A DNA stretch of 63,963 nucleotides, filler included, from Barthelona sp. PAP020 (Eukaryota): assembly GCA_040182905.1 (NCBI GenBank). It is 4 parts of 4 records of this genome, joined end to end, with 100 filler letters (N's around TTAATTAATTAA, not from the genome) between each part and the next. Parts side by side here need not be neighbours in the genome. Positions count along the whole stretch, not along the records: positions 36,439 to 54,487 come from JARQWU010000232.1; 3 more parts are not named here. One strand, written 5' to 3'. Within the stretch, counting starts at the first letter, position 1. Each line of letters opens with the position of its first letter. Below the pieces are notes generated by a model. That model had not been told where the DNA came from. It searched no databases and saw nothing but the letters and a program-made list of their open reading frames with translations. The position numbers and the translations under genes are program-made. This document shows positions 42,901 through 52,291 of the stretch, in pieces.

Positions 42901-45819
42901 TGGATTTATGCGATAAAATGCATTGGTTTTACTCTTATAATGGGAATTAGTTGTATCCAAAGAACTATCACTGATGAATAACTTGGAATTCTGTGTATCA
43001 CTCATAAAACTGATAAGAACATCCGTATAGTACCAATAGCTGTTTGCAGAACCAAATTTCTTCACAAACAATTTATGCATCTCATCAGAAGTGAACAATT
43101 TCATTGGTTTTGCATCAAGATTATTAATCATGAAATGAAATCTTCTAAAGTTTCCTAAAGGAAACTCTTCAACTGATTTGTCATCTGACCAATATTTACT
43201 TAAAAAATAGGTGAAAGGGGTGAATACTTCATCGTCTTTGAGTGAAATTGGAATATAATTGAAGAATAAAAATGATTGATCAAAGAAACTTCCACTCAAT
43301 AGAGCAGTTACTTGTGTTGGATGTTCCAATTGATATGAAGCTTGAAAATTATTGTTTGAAGAAGGATTTATACTCAATAATTCCCAATCACAAGCATCAT
43401 TGTTTTCGTATTTCATATATACATGTTGCATATACATTACAGGAATAGTAAACGTAAGATTTAAAAAAGAATAATCGTGAGCATTAGATATTAAAGAGAG
43501 ATTTAATTTTAAATTGTGTTTCTCAGATGAAGAGAAATCATAAGCCACGTTTGGTTTCAAATCGATGATTTTTTCGTTTTCTGAAGAAGAAACATTTATT
43601 GTTTTTGCTAAAACAATGTTCAAAAAAATAACTCTAGAATTGAAAGCTTTAATTGTCGGATCAATTGAAAAATTAATGATACTCGGTGTAACAATATTAT
43701 GCTTACTTTGATAGGTTTTTTGTTCAGTGAACTCGATTTGATCTTGAAAATGGCCTAAAGTATTGATGATTTCATACTTCAAATTAAATTTTAAAGGTTC
43801 AAATATGTGTGTTAATTCTTGTTGGAATATCAAACTATAATTTTCATTCCTATCACCCAGCAAAATCAATGAAAAATTCTCAACGTTCGTTTGATAATTA
43901 TAATGGGTCAAATCAATCTTCAAATACAAATTCTCATATAACATATAGTTATTTTCAAAAGAAACATTTTCAAGCTTATGATTAGGTACTTCATGAAGTG
44001 AATAACCAGACAATATTTCTGAACTAGGAAATACCCATGGTTTAAATGTTTCTTCTTGTACTAACTTTAGAATATCCACATATTTTATATCTTCATTGTT
44101 CAATAAAGAAAAATTGGTTTTTTGAATCAACAGGCAAAATTTTCCAAAAATTTTCATGGACCTCACATGAAATTCTTTTTCAGTTGTTTTTCCATTAATG
44201 CTAAAATTTATCACTTTTTGATTCATTGTTGTTTTGGCAGATTTACAAAAAACACTCAACAATTGTCCAACTTCATTGTAAAATTCAAAACATCCAGAAA
44301 ATATGTGATCAAAATTGGGAAAAATAGAAATGTCATAACCAACATCATAATCAACTTTATTCCCATTATTAATCTCAAAAGTGAGATTAATCTTGTTATT
44401 TTCAACTTCTATCTCATAAAAACAAGAACTATTAATGTTCAAATATTCAGGTACAGCTAAATCTGTTATTACACTAGAGGAAAAATCAATAAAATGTTCA
44501 TCTTCAATAAAGAATCCTTGATTATCCTCAGCATTGAAAACCATGACCTCTTTTGGTGAATTTATTTCCTGTATCCATATCTTTGACGCAACATCTTCAT
44601 CAATTGCTTCAATCCACATCGAAAAATTAAAACAGAAACTCATAGCAGAAGGATTAAAAATACTTACATATTCGTCAACATTTTCTTCAGTCCAAAAACG
44701 TATTTCATTGATGTTATCAGGCTTTATCAAATATACCATCAATAATTTCCCTATTTCATTATCAATACGCACTATCTCATTACTTTCTAGCAAAAAGGGC
44801 GCATAATTCTTATTATTGAAAAATTTATATATACCTGTGTCCTTAAACAAAATGTTAGAACAAAAACGACTATCGAACATGATAGGAGCCATGTAATTTT
44901 GAGTAACTATCGGTGGATAATCAGTCAAAATCAACTCATCTAGACATATGGTCTCAAAATAAGATACTCGAAATTCCCCTTGTAAAAGGAACATCCTCAC
45001 CAACACTTTCGTATCCACATCCAACTTCAAAATGAACGATTTACGCATCACATCCAAGGAAAGATACTCGATAGTATCTTTCTGTAACTCTTCAGTCAAT
45101 AGACTATCAACTTTAACCACAAATATACAATGCTTAGACTCAGTCGAATCTAAATAGAAGGAATATATTGTGTCAATCTCTATAAACGAAATTAAAGTAT
45201 GTGTTTTTGCAAAACTGTCAACCATATAATTTGTTAAATTAGTGGTATTCAAACAGAAACAATTTGAAAACACAGTAGCTATGCTGCGCTTTAATTCAAG
45301 ATGTATCTTGGTATCTAAATAATGATCACCAGGTTTTCCAAACCCACCAGATAAAAAAGGCACAAAACCATAATCATCATTGGCTATAGTTAAATATTCA
45401 TCGACAATAACATCACTTTGGGTTATTTCAAGCAAAAGAATATTGAATGAAAAAGTAGCATTTGGTTTAAACAACAGGATGAAAGAATCAACACTCACAT
45501 TAATGTTAAACGTGTAATTGCTCCAATTCACACCTAATGTTCCTTGATCAGAAATAGTATACACATCAAATAACTCTTCTACATAATTATCACCATTTAA
45601 TTCCAAATATCCAAAAGTAATGTGTGAAAAAGATGGATTTTTGGTAGCAGGAAGTTCAAACTCAACAGATTTCAATGTATTTCCTCGAAACACAGTAATA
45701 TTATATAAAGTTAAAGGTTCATAAATAATATTATCTCTGGAAACAGGTTGTATATCAATAATATTATAACATATTATTATATCAAATAATACAACCAAAC
45801 AATATATTATTAAATTCAT
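39928..45819 (-). CDS. Large type-I membrane/surface protein, hypothetical
   Basis: About 1963 aa: hydrophobic N-terminal signal, single TM (WGWIVVVFVSFVLVVFFYV), short acidic cytosolic tail. Confidence 0.8.
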   Translation of the reverse strand: MNLIIYCLVVLFDIIICYNIIDIQPVSRDNIIYEPLTLYNITVFRGNTLKSVEFELPATKNPSFSHITFGYLELNGDNYVEELFDVYTISDQGTLGVNWSNYTFNINVSVDSFILLFKPNATFSFNILLLEITQSDVIVDEYLTIANDDYGFVPFLSGGFGKPGDHYLDTKIHLELKRSIATVFSNCFCLNTTNLTNYMVDSFAKTHTLISFIEIDTIYSFYLDSTESKHCIFVVKVDSLLTEELQKDTIEYLSLDVMRKSFILKLDVDTKVLVRMFLLQGEFRVSYFETICLDELILTDYPPIVTQNYMAPIMFDSRFCSNILFKDTGIYKFFNNKNYAPFLLESNEIVRIDNEIGKLLMVYLIKPDNINEIRFWTEENVDEYVSIFNPSAMSFCFNFSMWIEAIDEDVASKIWIQEINSPKEVMVFNAEDNQGFFIEDEHFIDFSSSVITDLAVPEYLNINSSCFYEIEVENNKINLTFEINNGNKVDYDVGYDISIFPNFDHIFSGCFEFYNEVGQLLSVFCKSAKTTMNQKVINFSINGKTTEKEFHVRSMKIFGKFCLLIQKTNFSLLNNEDIKYVDILKLVQEETFKPWVFPSSEILSGYSLHEVPNHKLENVSFENNYMLYENLYLKIDLTHYNYQTNVENFSLILLGDRNENYSLIFQQELTHIFEPLKFNLKYEIINTLGHFQDQIEFTEQKTYQSKHNIVTPSIINFSIDPTIKAFNSRVIFLNIVLAKTINVSSSENEKIIDLKPNVAYDFSSSEKHNLKLNLSLISNAHDYSFLNLTFTIPVMYMQHVYMKYENNDACDWELLSINPSSNNNFQASYQLEHPTQVTALLSGSFFDQSFLFFNYIPISLKDDEVFTPFTYFLSKYWSDDKSVEEFPLGNFRRFHFMINNLDAKPMKLFTSDEMHKLFVKKFGSANSYWYYTDVLISFMSDTQNSKLFISDSSLDTTNSHYKSKTNAFYRINPIFGCIYALGHHSNIQIIPIHDDKLNFQNMVRSLESKGPHILLNDFDPVIIQGIPQDVVLTFDLSSPSYVYIKHIVTEQTSHFLIEKLMADKMHYETVYVTSEIEGYTEKIKQYSDNERDLLHVLFLASGSYRFTLLEVKGNFDKVILKQTVVFDIDADLVCPGNIVVDDGCYKVDYVYAPINCLALSRCVKITEEKNEILEYSFDVNSSGFEVLYLDERYIHRIKFDNAQVAVFLLVLNVVADFYHENTFIDVYYKDKSSVRYYINGVTYLRFNFNYKKIPTHIEIPGYSSIKTVRYIGRKAQITTGSLFQSNGIFSLYETKISSFGFIFLCDSEFFDACSNITREHFFSSNYFDDEIDHKMIAFSDYSMLQFSLNDCGIDNGGDTIGTKIKSYDDTSYCYYKIKTDFGQSVFWDISFDLSLLSSDHISTIIISEEDSKNYFYTRSQSIFVVNSTYIIFRLVFSENQEDQRLYLYFQRRIMKKTIDLYGSLRYNSLWIFEGVDVDLTFSFKNVSKLVLVDFSLFTQNHADILEPTLILTTNVNEYGRYPFISIFHHMMYMFSDNYSKLKIIDLKHTSNSALFISAKNVSNVDIIDECFGVNTSLTFDKESLFCMKLIKEHSFFEVSVIVDFDQPLYELIYLSNGIDDFEFEIFNNYALFELYFSSSHHYVMMKDSLLTLGKRKHESVNFLIKPYENETKQYFNTNYDNFDQNLVVYSNITTYITLKDTFFFVVSPNCNNIFKKLASFTILNSSSYIFFTSSLKHQFYTSFLTADGGNITQDNSLILPIPDRLEIDIMEYSTDFLLLNVVVREGKNLSISLTIDYVTYVSSINLQGSKSKKFYYLFPPMTNNGISKYSLNINCFACDSFIQKLGNINDDLILDAETHYYFKNANNLPVCKIDKTYNCCIYQTTPPSVKSIIDYLFDGWGWIVVVFVSFVLVVFFYVKSRVKSDDMYEEKQMSVIPILNNESEVFDIVDDPNGFVEDELFIQ

Positions 45820-46100
45820 CAAAAGTATATTATTTGCATAAATGCATGAATATCAACAAACAATTCCAACGAAAAAAAAATAAATCAAAATTCCCAACTT
45901 CCAACATATTTTATGAAAGCAATCAAATAAAATTTATCATTCATTTATTTATTTAAAATCTAAATTTAAAGAATTAAAGGAGATTATCTCAAAATTATCA
46001 AGTATCTTTCTCAAAACACATAAGTCTTCTTAATTGACACAAATATTCAGACAAACAATAAAAAATAAAAGAAAAACCACATATTTACAAAGATAAACCA

Positions 46101-46847
46101 TCAAATATCACCATCATCATCAGAAGTGCAATCTTCAATGTTGTTAGGTAATAACCCAAGAGAATAATGACCAGCTGAAAATTTATTGTAAAAAAAAGAA
46201 AAAATACTCCCAAAATCACGTACAATTTCATGTTCCATCACAATACCTCCACCATATTGAACACATTCATGGAGTAACGAACATTCGATCGAATAAGTAA
46301 TTTCTTGACAAATGGATTTCCCCGCAGTATCATTTTGAAAACATAGAGGAGGCATGTATACTCTGATTGCTTGATGAGCAAAATTGAAATCAACTGGTAA
46401 AATTTGTTGCAATAAATTCTCTCGAAGGAAAATAGAAACACCATATGAAATATTTGACCTTGTTTGTTGCTTTGTTGTACCATCAGAAAAATGTCCATAA
46501 TAAACATGTGATATACAATTGATCGGAAATCTTTTAAAATGTGAAATTTGAAAATTTTTGAAATCAAACTTCACATGATACAAATGTGTGTTTGTAATTA
46601 ATAATAATCTTTCCTGTTCGCAATTATTGTGATTAATGTAAGTTAACACGTAACCTTTAACAAATAATTCATCATCAGGAATCATGCTCTTTCTACAAAA
46701 ATGAATGACATGATATTGAACTTTTGTAGGAGTAAAAGCAGACGATGGACTGTTAATGATAGCTTTAATTTTATGAAAATCACCTGTTCTAACTGCTTCT
46801 CTGATTGCAGTTTGTTCTTGCGTTGTAAATCCTAATCTATTTGACAT
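46101..46847 (-). CDS. hSac2-domain (TPRG1-like) protein
   Basis: GYVLTYINHNNCEQERLLLITNTHLYHVKFDF resembles the hSac2/TPRG1 motif. ATG at 46847; the upstream poly-Ile is an (ATT)n tract. Confidence 0.7.
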   Translation of the reverse strand: MSNRLGFTTQEQTAIREAVRTGDFHKIKAIINSPSSAFTPTKVQYHVIHFCRKSMIPDDELFVKGYVLTYINHNNCEQERLLLITNTHLYHVKFDFKNFQISHFKRFPINCISHVYYGHFSDGTTKQQTRSNISYGVSIFLRENLLQQILPVDFNFAHQAIRVYMPPLCFQNDTAGKSICQEITYSIECSLLHECVQYGGGIVMEHEIVRDFGSIFSFFYNKFSAGHYSLGLLPNNIEDCTSDDDGDI

Positions 46848-46854
46848 TAATATT

Positions 46855-46888
<34 letters not shown>

Positions 46889-47097
46889 ACAAATTAACTA
46901 GTATAATTATATGTTATATGTATTTCATTCGAAAAATAAACAATGGAAAAATATCAAATTGACAAATCACCAAAAAAAAATTCACAAAAAAATTTACAAC
47001 AAGAAATCAACAATTTTTTTTAAAAAAATAGAAAATAAAAAATATCAAGAAGGAATGATACAATTAAAACAAAAACAAATCAATCATTGTCCTTTAA

Positions 47098-49086
47098 TCA
47101 TGTTGAAATGATTTCAGCCAAAGTTTTCAAGTTTGTCACTAATTTTTGGGAAGCTAATTGATGTGCAAATAATTTCAATAAATTAACAAATATCTTCCCA
47201 AAACCTTTTAAAACTTTGAATTTTTTCTTGTCGTTTTCATAAATTCTCAAATGTCGAATCAAACATTCAACAGCAAAGGAAATATTCATATTTTCATTGA
47301 CAATAAAAGGAAAGAAATCAAGTTTGTCTTTATTAAACATTAACAACTTAACTACAGCATTGACAAATGAACTTTCCAACATTTCTTTTTGTTCTTCAGA
47401 AATTTGCTCAAAAACATGCTCTCGAATGAGGTCAAACATTTCAAAACGTTTGGATACATCATCAAACAGTAAAAGAAACGATTCTTGCAATTCTAAAACA
47501 ATTGAATGTTCATACACATCAAATTCACAATTAATTTCCACGATAAACAAATCGAATAAATTCATTGTAAAGCTGCCGGGAAACACACTTAGAATTTTCA
47601 ACTTCTCTAATAACGCCAAATCAATCTGATCAATAACCCGTTTGAAAACAACATTCAGCAAGTGTAAACCTTTGGCCAGAGAATCTTCGAAGACAGCAAG
47701 AATTTCATCTCCTTTCAGATTCTTTCGATGTTCAATGATTTGACCCATAATCTTAATTGCCTGTGGATATCCACCAGTTAAATTTGATAAATGAAGTGCT
47801 GAACTTTGTGAAATGCGAGTACAATGAGACAATGCCAATAATGCACCTGCATGCTTCGACAAAGGTTTGAGCCCAACAGATAAGAAATCAGCGTTATTTA
47901 CTGCAACTCCAACAGGACTGCGACTTGTGACAATGACTATTGCTCTACCATGTGTTGGTATTAACTGTTCAAGGATGTACGGATCTGAGCAGTTCTCAAC
48001 CAACATTAGTCTATGTGTCTCAAATAGGCGGTCATATAATTCGTCTATTGATTTCCCGGATGAGTTAAATAAAAGATCTTTTTCTTCACTTGTCTTTCCG
48101 TCTATTTTCAGTGCTAATATTCTACAAATTACTTTTTTTGCAGAAACGACATCTATATGGCCTGTCATTGCTTGCATGTCAACATAAACACTAATATAGT
48201 TCTCAGAAAGAGTTTCAACCAGTTTTGCAGCAAGACAACTCTTGCCAACACCTGCACTTCCCCAAATAACCACTACTTGTGAGCTGTTATAAGAGTTGAA
48301 CAAGAACTGCTCAATTTCTGCTAATTCACTATTTCGTCCATAAAAGCTATTCATAATCAAATCCTGATATCGATCTGTTGACCGAAAAACACGTTCATCT
48401 ATCAAATTTTGGTTCATCTTTTTAATTCCCCCATCTCTTCTAATGTAAGCAGATGAGTTATTGTTAAAATACAATGGTTGATTTCCTTTTTTTACAACAA
48501 CAGATAACATGTAATAATTGGGTATTATACCCTCATTTGCATCATATAAAGGAATGAACTTAACAGTATACAATTCTATATCAACTTTGGGTCGAAATAA
48601 ACCAATAATAGTGTTGATATTGACAGTCAATCTTTTAACATCATCTGTGGAGAAATTCATTCCAATGATTTCCCCATCGTCTTCCACTCCAATCCACAAC
48701 TTTCCTCCATCTGTGTTTAAAAATGCACACACATATTGAGCAACATATTTGTTCAAACAATTAATAAAATTTTCATCTTGAACAATCACCTTGAACTCAT
48801 TATGCTTTTCTTCTTCAATAATTATCCGATTATGTTTTATATACATTCCTAAAGTATCCATCGATATGTCTAAACTATCGTCAGAGATTATCTCAATGTC
48901 ATTTTCATCAATAATTTCCTCGTTTAGCTCATCAACATTAAGAATAGATGCATTTGAGCTTGAAAAACTACGGACCCCCAATAAAACATCTAAACGAGTA
49001 TTCGAAGATGTTATAAAACTTTCTTCATCTTGAAAATTTGTATTTAACATCGTTTCATTCAATAAATATTGTTTTTCAAAATACAT
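47098..49086 (-). CDS. Schlafen/AlbA_2 nuclease domain + STAND (NB-ARC-like) NTPase + winged helix
   Basis: EEKHNEFK, YVCAFLNTDGGKLWIGVEDDG and YIRRDG; FYGRNSE, GSAGVGKS, LMLVEN, IVTSR, GGYPQAI, LSVFPGSF, MFDLIR. Confidence 0.9.
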   Translation of the reverse strand: MYFEKQYLLNETMLNTNFQDEESFITSSNTRLDVLLGVRSFSSSNASILNVDELNEEIIDENDIEIISDDSLDISMDTLGMYIKHNRIIIEEEKHNEFKVIVQDENFINCLNKYVAQYVCAFLNTDGGKLWIGVEDDGEIIGMNFSTDDVKRLTVNINTIIGLFRPKVDIELYTVKFIPLYDANEGIIPNYYMLSVVVKKGNQPLYFNNNSSAYIRRDGGIKKMNQNLIDERVFRSTDRYQDLIMNSFYGRNSELAEIEQFLFNSYNSSQVVVIWGSAGVGKSCLAAKLVETLSENYISVYVDMQAMTGHIDVVSAKKVICRILALKIDGKTSEEKDLLFNSSGKSIDELYDRLFETHRLMLVENCSDPYILEQLIPTHGRAIVIVTSRSPVGVAVNNADFLSVGLKPLSKHAGALLALSHCTRISQSSALHLSNLTGGYPQAIKIMGQIIEHRKNLKGDEILAVFEDSLAKGLHLLNVVFKRVIDQIDLALLEKLKILSVFPGSFTMNLFDLFIVEINCEFDVYEHSIVLELQESFLLLFDDVSKRFEMFDLIREHVFEQISEEQKEMLESSFVNAVVKLLMFNKDKLDFFPFIVNENMNISFAVECLIRHLRIYENDKKKFKVLKGFGKIFVNLLKLFAHQLASQKLVTNLKTLAEIIST

Positions 49087-49231
49087 TCAAAATGATTTTT
49101 TTTATTGAATAATTCATTTCTTTTCAAATATAAAGCACAAATCGAAAGAAAAAAACAACAATCTTCAAAAGAAAAGAATGAATGGCTTACATGAATTTTT
49201 TTTTTATATCAAATAGAATCATATCTTTATA

Positions 49232-50392
49232 ATGCCGACACAGGATGTTTATGATTTTTTTGAAAAGAAGAGTTTACTGGGACTTGGAACGTATGGTATG
49301 GTATTTTTAGGTTATGAAAAGAAAACTGGCAGAGAAGTTGCATTAAAAGTTTACAAACATGATAGGGAAACTAATGTTAGACAATTACGTGAGATAGATT
49401 TCTGTCGTAGAATGAAACATGAGAATATTGCTGATTATTTAGGTGTTTTCACATCATATGAACCTAAAAATACTTATGATGATCAAGTAAAGAATCCTTA
49501 TATACCAGATAGAGCTAATACACCTTGTATTCATAATCAAACAAACAATTCAACTCGTAGATTTGTTTGGAGCGTTTATTTGTATGAAAACCATACTTTA
49601 TCAACACTTTTGAGACGATTACCTTCTCAATCTAGATACAACATAGCATTTAGAATTCAATTTGCTAAGCATGTTATACAAGGCCTATTGAGAGCCTTAG
49701 ATTATTTGCACAAACATGGTGTCATCCATCGTGATATTAAAACGGCTAACATTTTGATTAACCGTGATTCTAGTGTTAAATTAACAGATTTTGGTCTTGC
49801 TAGACAGTTTGTTGATGATACTGGAAGAATCAGATACAACGTTCATATGACTAATAGAGTAATTACATCAAATTATCGTCCTCCTGAGTTATTTTATGGT
49901 GCCATTACTTATGGACCCGAGGTTGATATTTGGTCTGCTGGTATAGTCCTAGCGGAATTGTTAGCGCCAGGATTTTTAGAAAATACGAATAATACCGAAG
50001 AATTCTCGTGGGGTGGATGGTTCCATAAATTGGTCGGTTTTCCTGATGTTTCCAAGCAAGAAAATGCTGCTTTAGAGGAGTTACCGTTTTTCCATATTTT
50101 TGTACCGAAAAATCCGAATCCTTCCAATATTGATAATCAAGAAATGTTAAAGAAGAGGATTCGTCAATGTTCTGGTGAAATAAGTGAAGAAAATATGGCA
50201 TTATGTTTGCAAATGTTAAAAGTTCATCCTGGTGAAAGGCCCTCTGCTGAAGAATGTTTGACTCATCCTTGGTTTTCAAGTGATCCCAAGCCTGGGCCAG
50301 TTGATCTCAGTGAAATCGGTGACTCTCATCCAAAGCCCAAAAGTAATCCCAATGATTTAAAAAGACAACCCTTAGATTCATCGAGATTTTAG
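49232..50392 (+). CDS. Cyclin-dependent kinase, CDK9/CDK12-like (divergent)
   Basis: [43 protein letters not shown]...YGPEVDIWS. Confidence 0.88.
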   Translation: MPTQDVYDFFEKKSLLGLGTYGMVFLGYEKKTGREVALKVYKHDRETNVRQLREIDFCRRMKHENIADYLGVFTSYEPKNTYDDQVKNPYIPDRANTPCIHNQTNNSTRRFVWSVYLYENHTLSTLLRRLPSQSRYNIAFRIQFAKHVIQGLLRALDYLHKHGVIHRDIKTANILINRDSSVKLTDFGLARQFVDDTGRIRYNVHMTNRVITSNYRPPELFYGAITYGPEVDIWSAGIVLAELLAPGFLENTNNTEEFSWGGWFHKLVGFPDVSKQENAALEELPFFHIFVPKNPNPSNIDNQEMLKKRIRQCSGEISEENMALCLQMLKVHPGERPSAEECLTHPWFSSDPKPGPVDLSEIGDSHPKPKSNPNDLKRQPLDSSRF

Positions 50393-50659
50393 AATTGATT
50401 ATGAAATTCAAAAAAAAAAAAAATGTGAAATTGCAGGCAAAACAAAAATATTTCAATTTGAACTTTTATCCAACATATAAATTGTTTAACTCTCTTTTTT
50501 TTTTGTCAACTTTAAGAAATATATTAAAAATTAGTCAAACCAAATTAACAATAATTTAGAACTCCAGTTAAAATCTTTTGCAAGAAATTCAAAAAGAAAT
50601 CAGACGAGTTTTACGAGGAAAACATTAGTGGAGACATTTAATGTGAATCAAGGGGCTAA

Positions 50660-50835
50660 AGGAAAGTATTACATTTTTCCCTAAATACCTGCTCCAAATA
50701 AAAAGGAAGCATTTGTTTTCCTTTTTTTTAAGAATTTTCTGAACCATCCACGCAAAACGACTCAGTTGCAAGTACCCCCAAACTCTAACCGAGAAGAATA
50801 AAGATCTTTATAAACATTTATTATTTTGTCAAGTG
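50660..50835. repeat. Dispersed repeat family A copy downstream of tRNA-Val
   Basis: ctgaaccatccacgcaaaacgactcagttgcaagtacccccaaactctaaccgagaa is nearly identical to 58035-58091. Confidence 0.88.
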
Positions 50836-50863
50836 AAACAACTGTTGAAATTCAATTGCTAAA

Positions 50864-50872
50864 GACTCGATC
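50864..50872 (-). promoter_or_regulatory. Extra B-box-like motif GATCGAGTC downstream of tRNA-Val
   Basis: Fits GWTCRANNC; the same 9-mer occurs at an equivalent offset after tRNA-Gly. Confidence 0.55.
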
Positions 50873-50899
50873 TTCAACCTGTTTAAAATCATTTTAAAA

Positions 50900-50972
50900 T
50901 GATCTTGCCGGGTTTCGATCCCGGGACCACCTGCGTGTTAGGCAGGCACTCTCCCAACTGAGCTACAAGATC
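50900..50972 (-). tRNA. trnV: tRNA-Val(AAC)
   Basis: Cloverleaf GATCTTG...CCTGC-CTAACAC-GCAGG...CCGGG-ATCGAAA-CCCGG-CAAGATC-A, followed by TTTT. Confidence 0.95.
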
Positions 50973-51360
50973 TTGTTTACAACAAGAATCTCAATTAATA
51001 AATCAAATGGTAAATTTAAAAAGTTTTAAGGTTCTATTAATGTGTTGGAGTCAAAATTTTCAAAACAATAATTATTCATCAAAATACTTAACTTTATTAA
51101 ATTTGTAAAATGAATGTTTCATAATTTATTTTTGAAAATATCAATTAATAATAATTTTTATTTATTAGATATTTATGAGGTATGTGTTGTTCAGTGAACA
51201 ACGAAATGAGTTAGCTTAAGGTTTGGGGAAAACTCACGTGAATTCAGATGCCCAAGTAACTTAAAGAATTGGACCTAAGAAATAATAAATAAAGGAAGTG
51301 ATATTTGATGACCTTTTTATATCTCCAATAAATTCCAATCATTGAGCATGAACTTCCACA

Positions 51361-51694
51361 TTATTTCTAAACTAAGAAACGTTTTGCATATAAGTGAATA
51401 AAAGAGAATAGTGTTGGTCAAGTTGTGAAACAACTATATTTATTTACAAAGAAAAAGTAATCAGAAAAAACTCATTTAATTAAATCTCAGCCACAGAAAA
51501 TGAGTGGCTGCAGTTGTATCTTAATCATTCCTGTTTTTTTGTATTTTTACAAAAACAAAATATTAAAGTTTAAACTTTCCCCCAGAAAATCTAAAGTTTT
51601 CAACAGATCAATCGGGCCTCGAAAGCCATTAAACAAATGAGCACTATTCTTCTGTATTCACTCATATACACAGTGCTTCTTGGCTTCGAAATAA
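51361..51694. mobile_element. Degenerate MITE-like element or long inverted repeat
   Basis: 51361-51415 versus the reverse complement of 51640-51694: 42/55 ungapped identity by manual alignment; no ORF. Confidence 0.55.
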
Positions 51695-52291
51695 TTGCAA
51701 TAAAATTAATTCAAAATACTCACTTTAATGAATTTTAGTCAAAACCAAAGCGAAGAATTAAAGGACTGAAATGTGACTTCGACGATCAAGCAGGAAAATT
51801 TGGCGCAATTTTCTTGTCCCTGTTCTTTGTATGGAACAAAAGCAAAATTTTTAAGTTCTGACTTACTTCTTTTGAAAATTAAAAATTGAAGAAGTTAACA
51901 TAGAAATATTAGTTTTGATCACTCCAAAAGAGATTTGTAGCACATCACATTTGTTATTAAAAGGCACAACGAAAATTTCATGAACTCTTTGACAGTTACA
52001 ACACAATACAATACAGCAATTGCTCTTTTGCTTTTAAAAAGAATTGTCCAACAAGGAATTTTTTGTTTTTTAGACACAGAATCTGAGTTTTGTAGTGAAT
52101 GAAAGAGGAAATTGGATGTGAAGTTAAAGTTGCTCAAATGAAACATTTCAAGCCCTCTTCAAATCACTCAGTTAGTAACAAACCTTTCTCAGAGATTATA
52201 TCAAGAAAAGAATAAACTATGATTTATATGTGAAGAAAAAATATCCACAAAACATGAATGGAATAAACATATAACTACACAAAAGACCTTT

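Noticed and set aside
46848..46892. Poly-Ile signal peptide on the hSac2-like ORF
   Set aside because: Translation of an (ATT)n microsatellite from a TTG; the real start is more likely the ATG at 46847.
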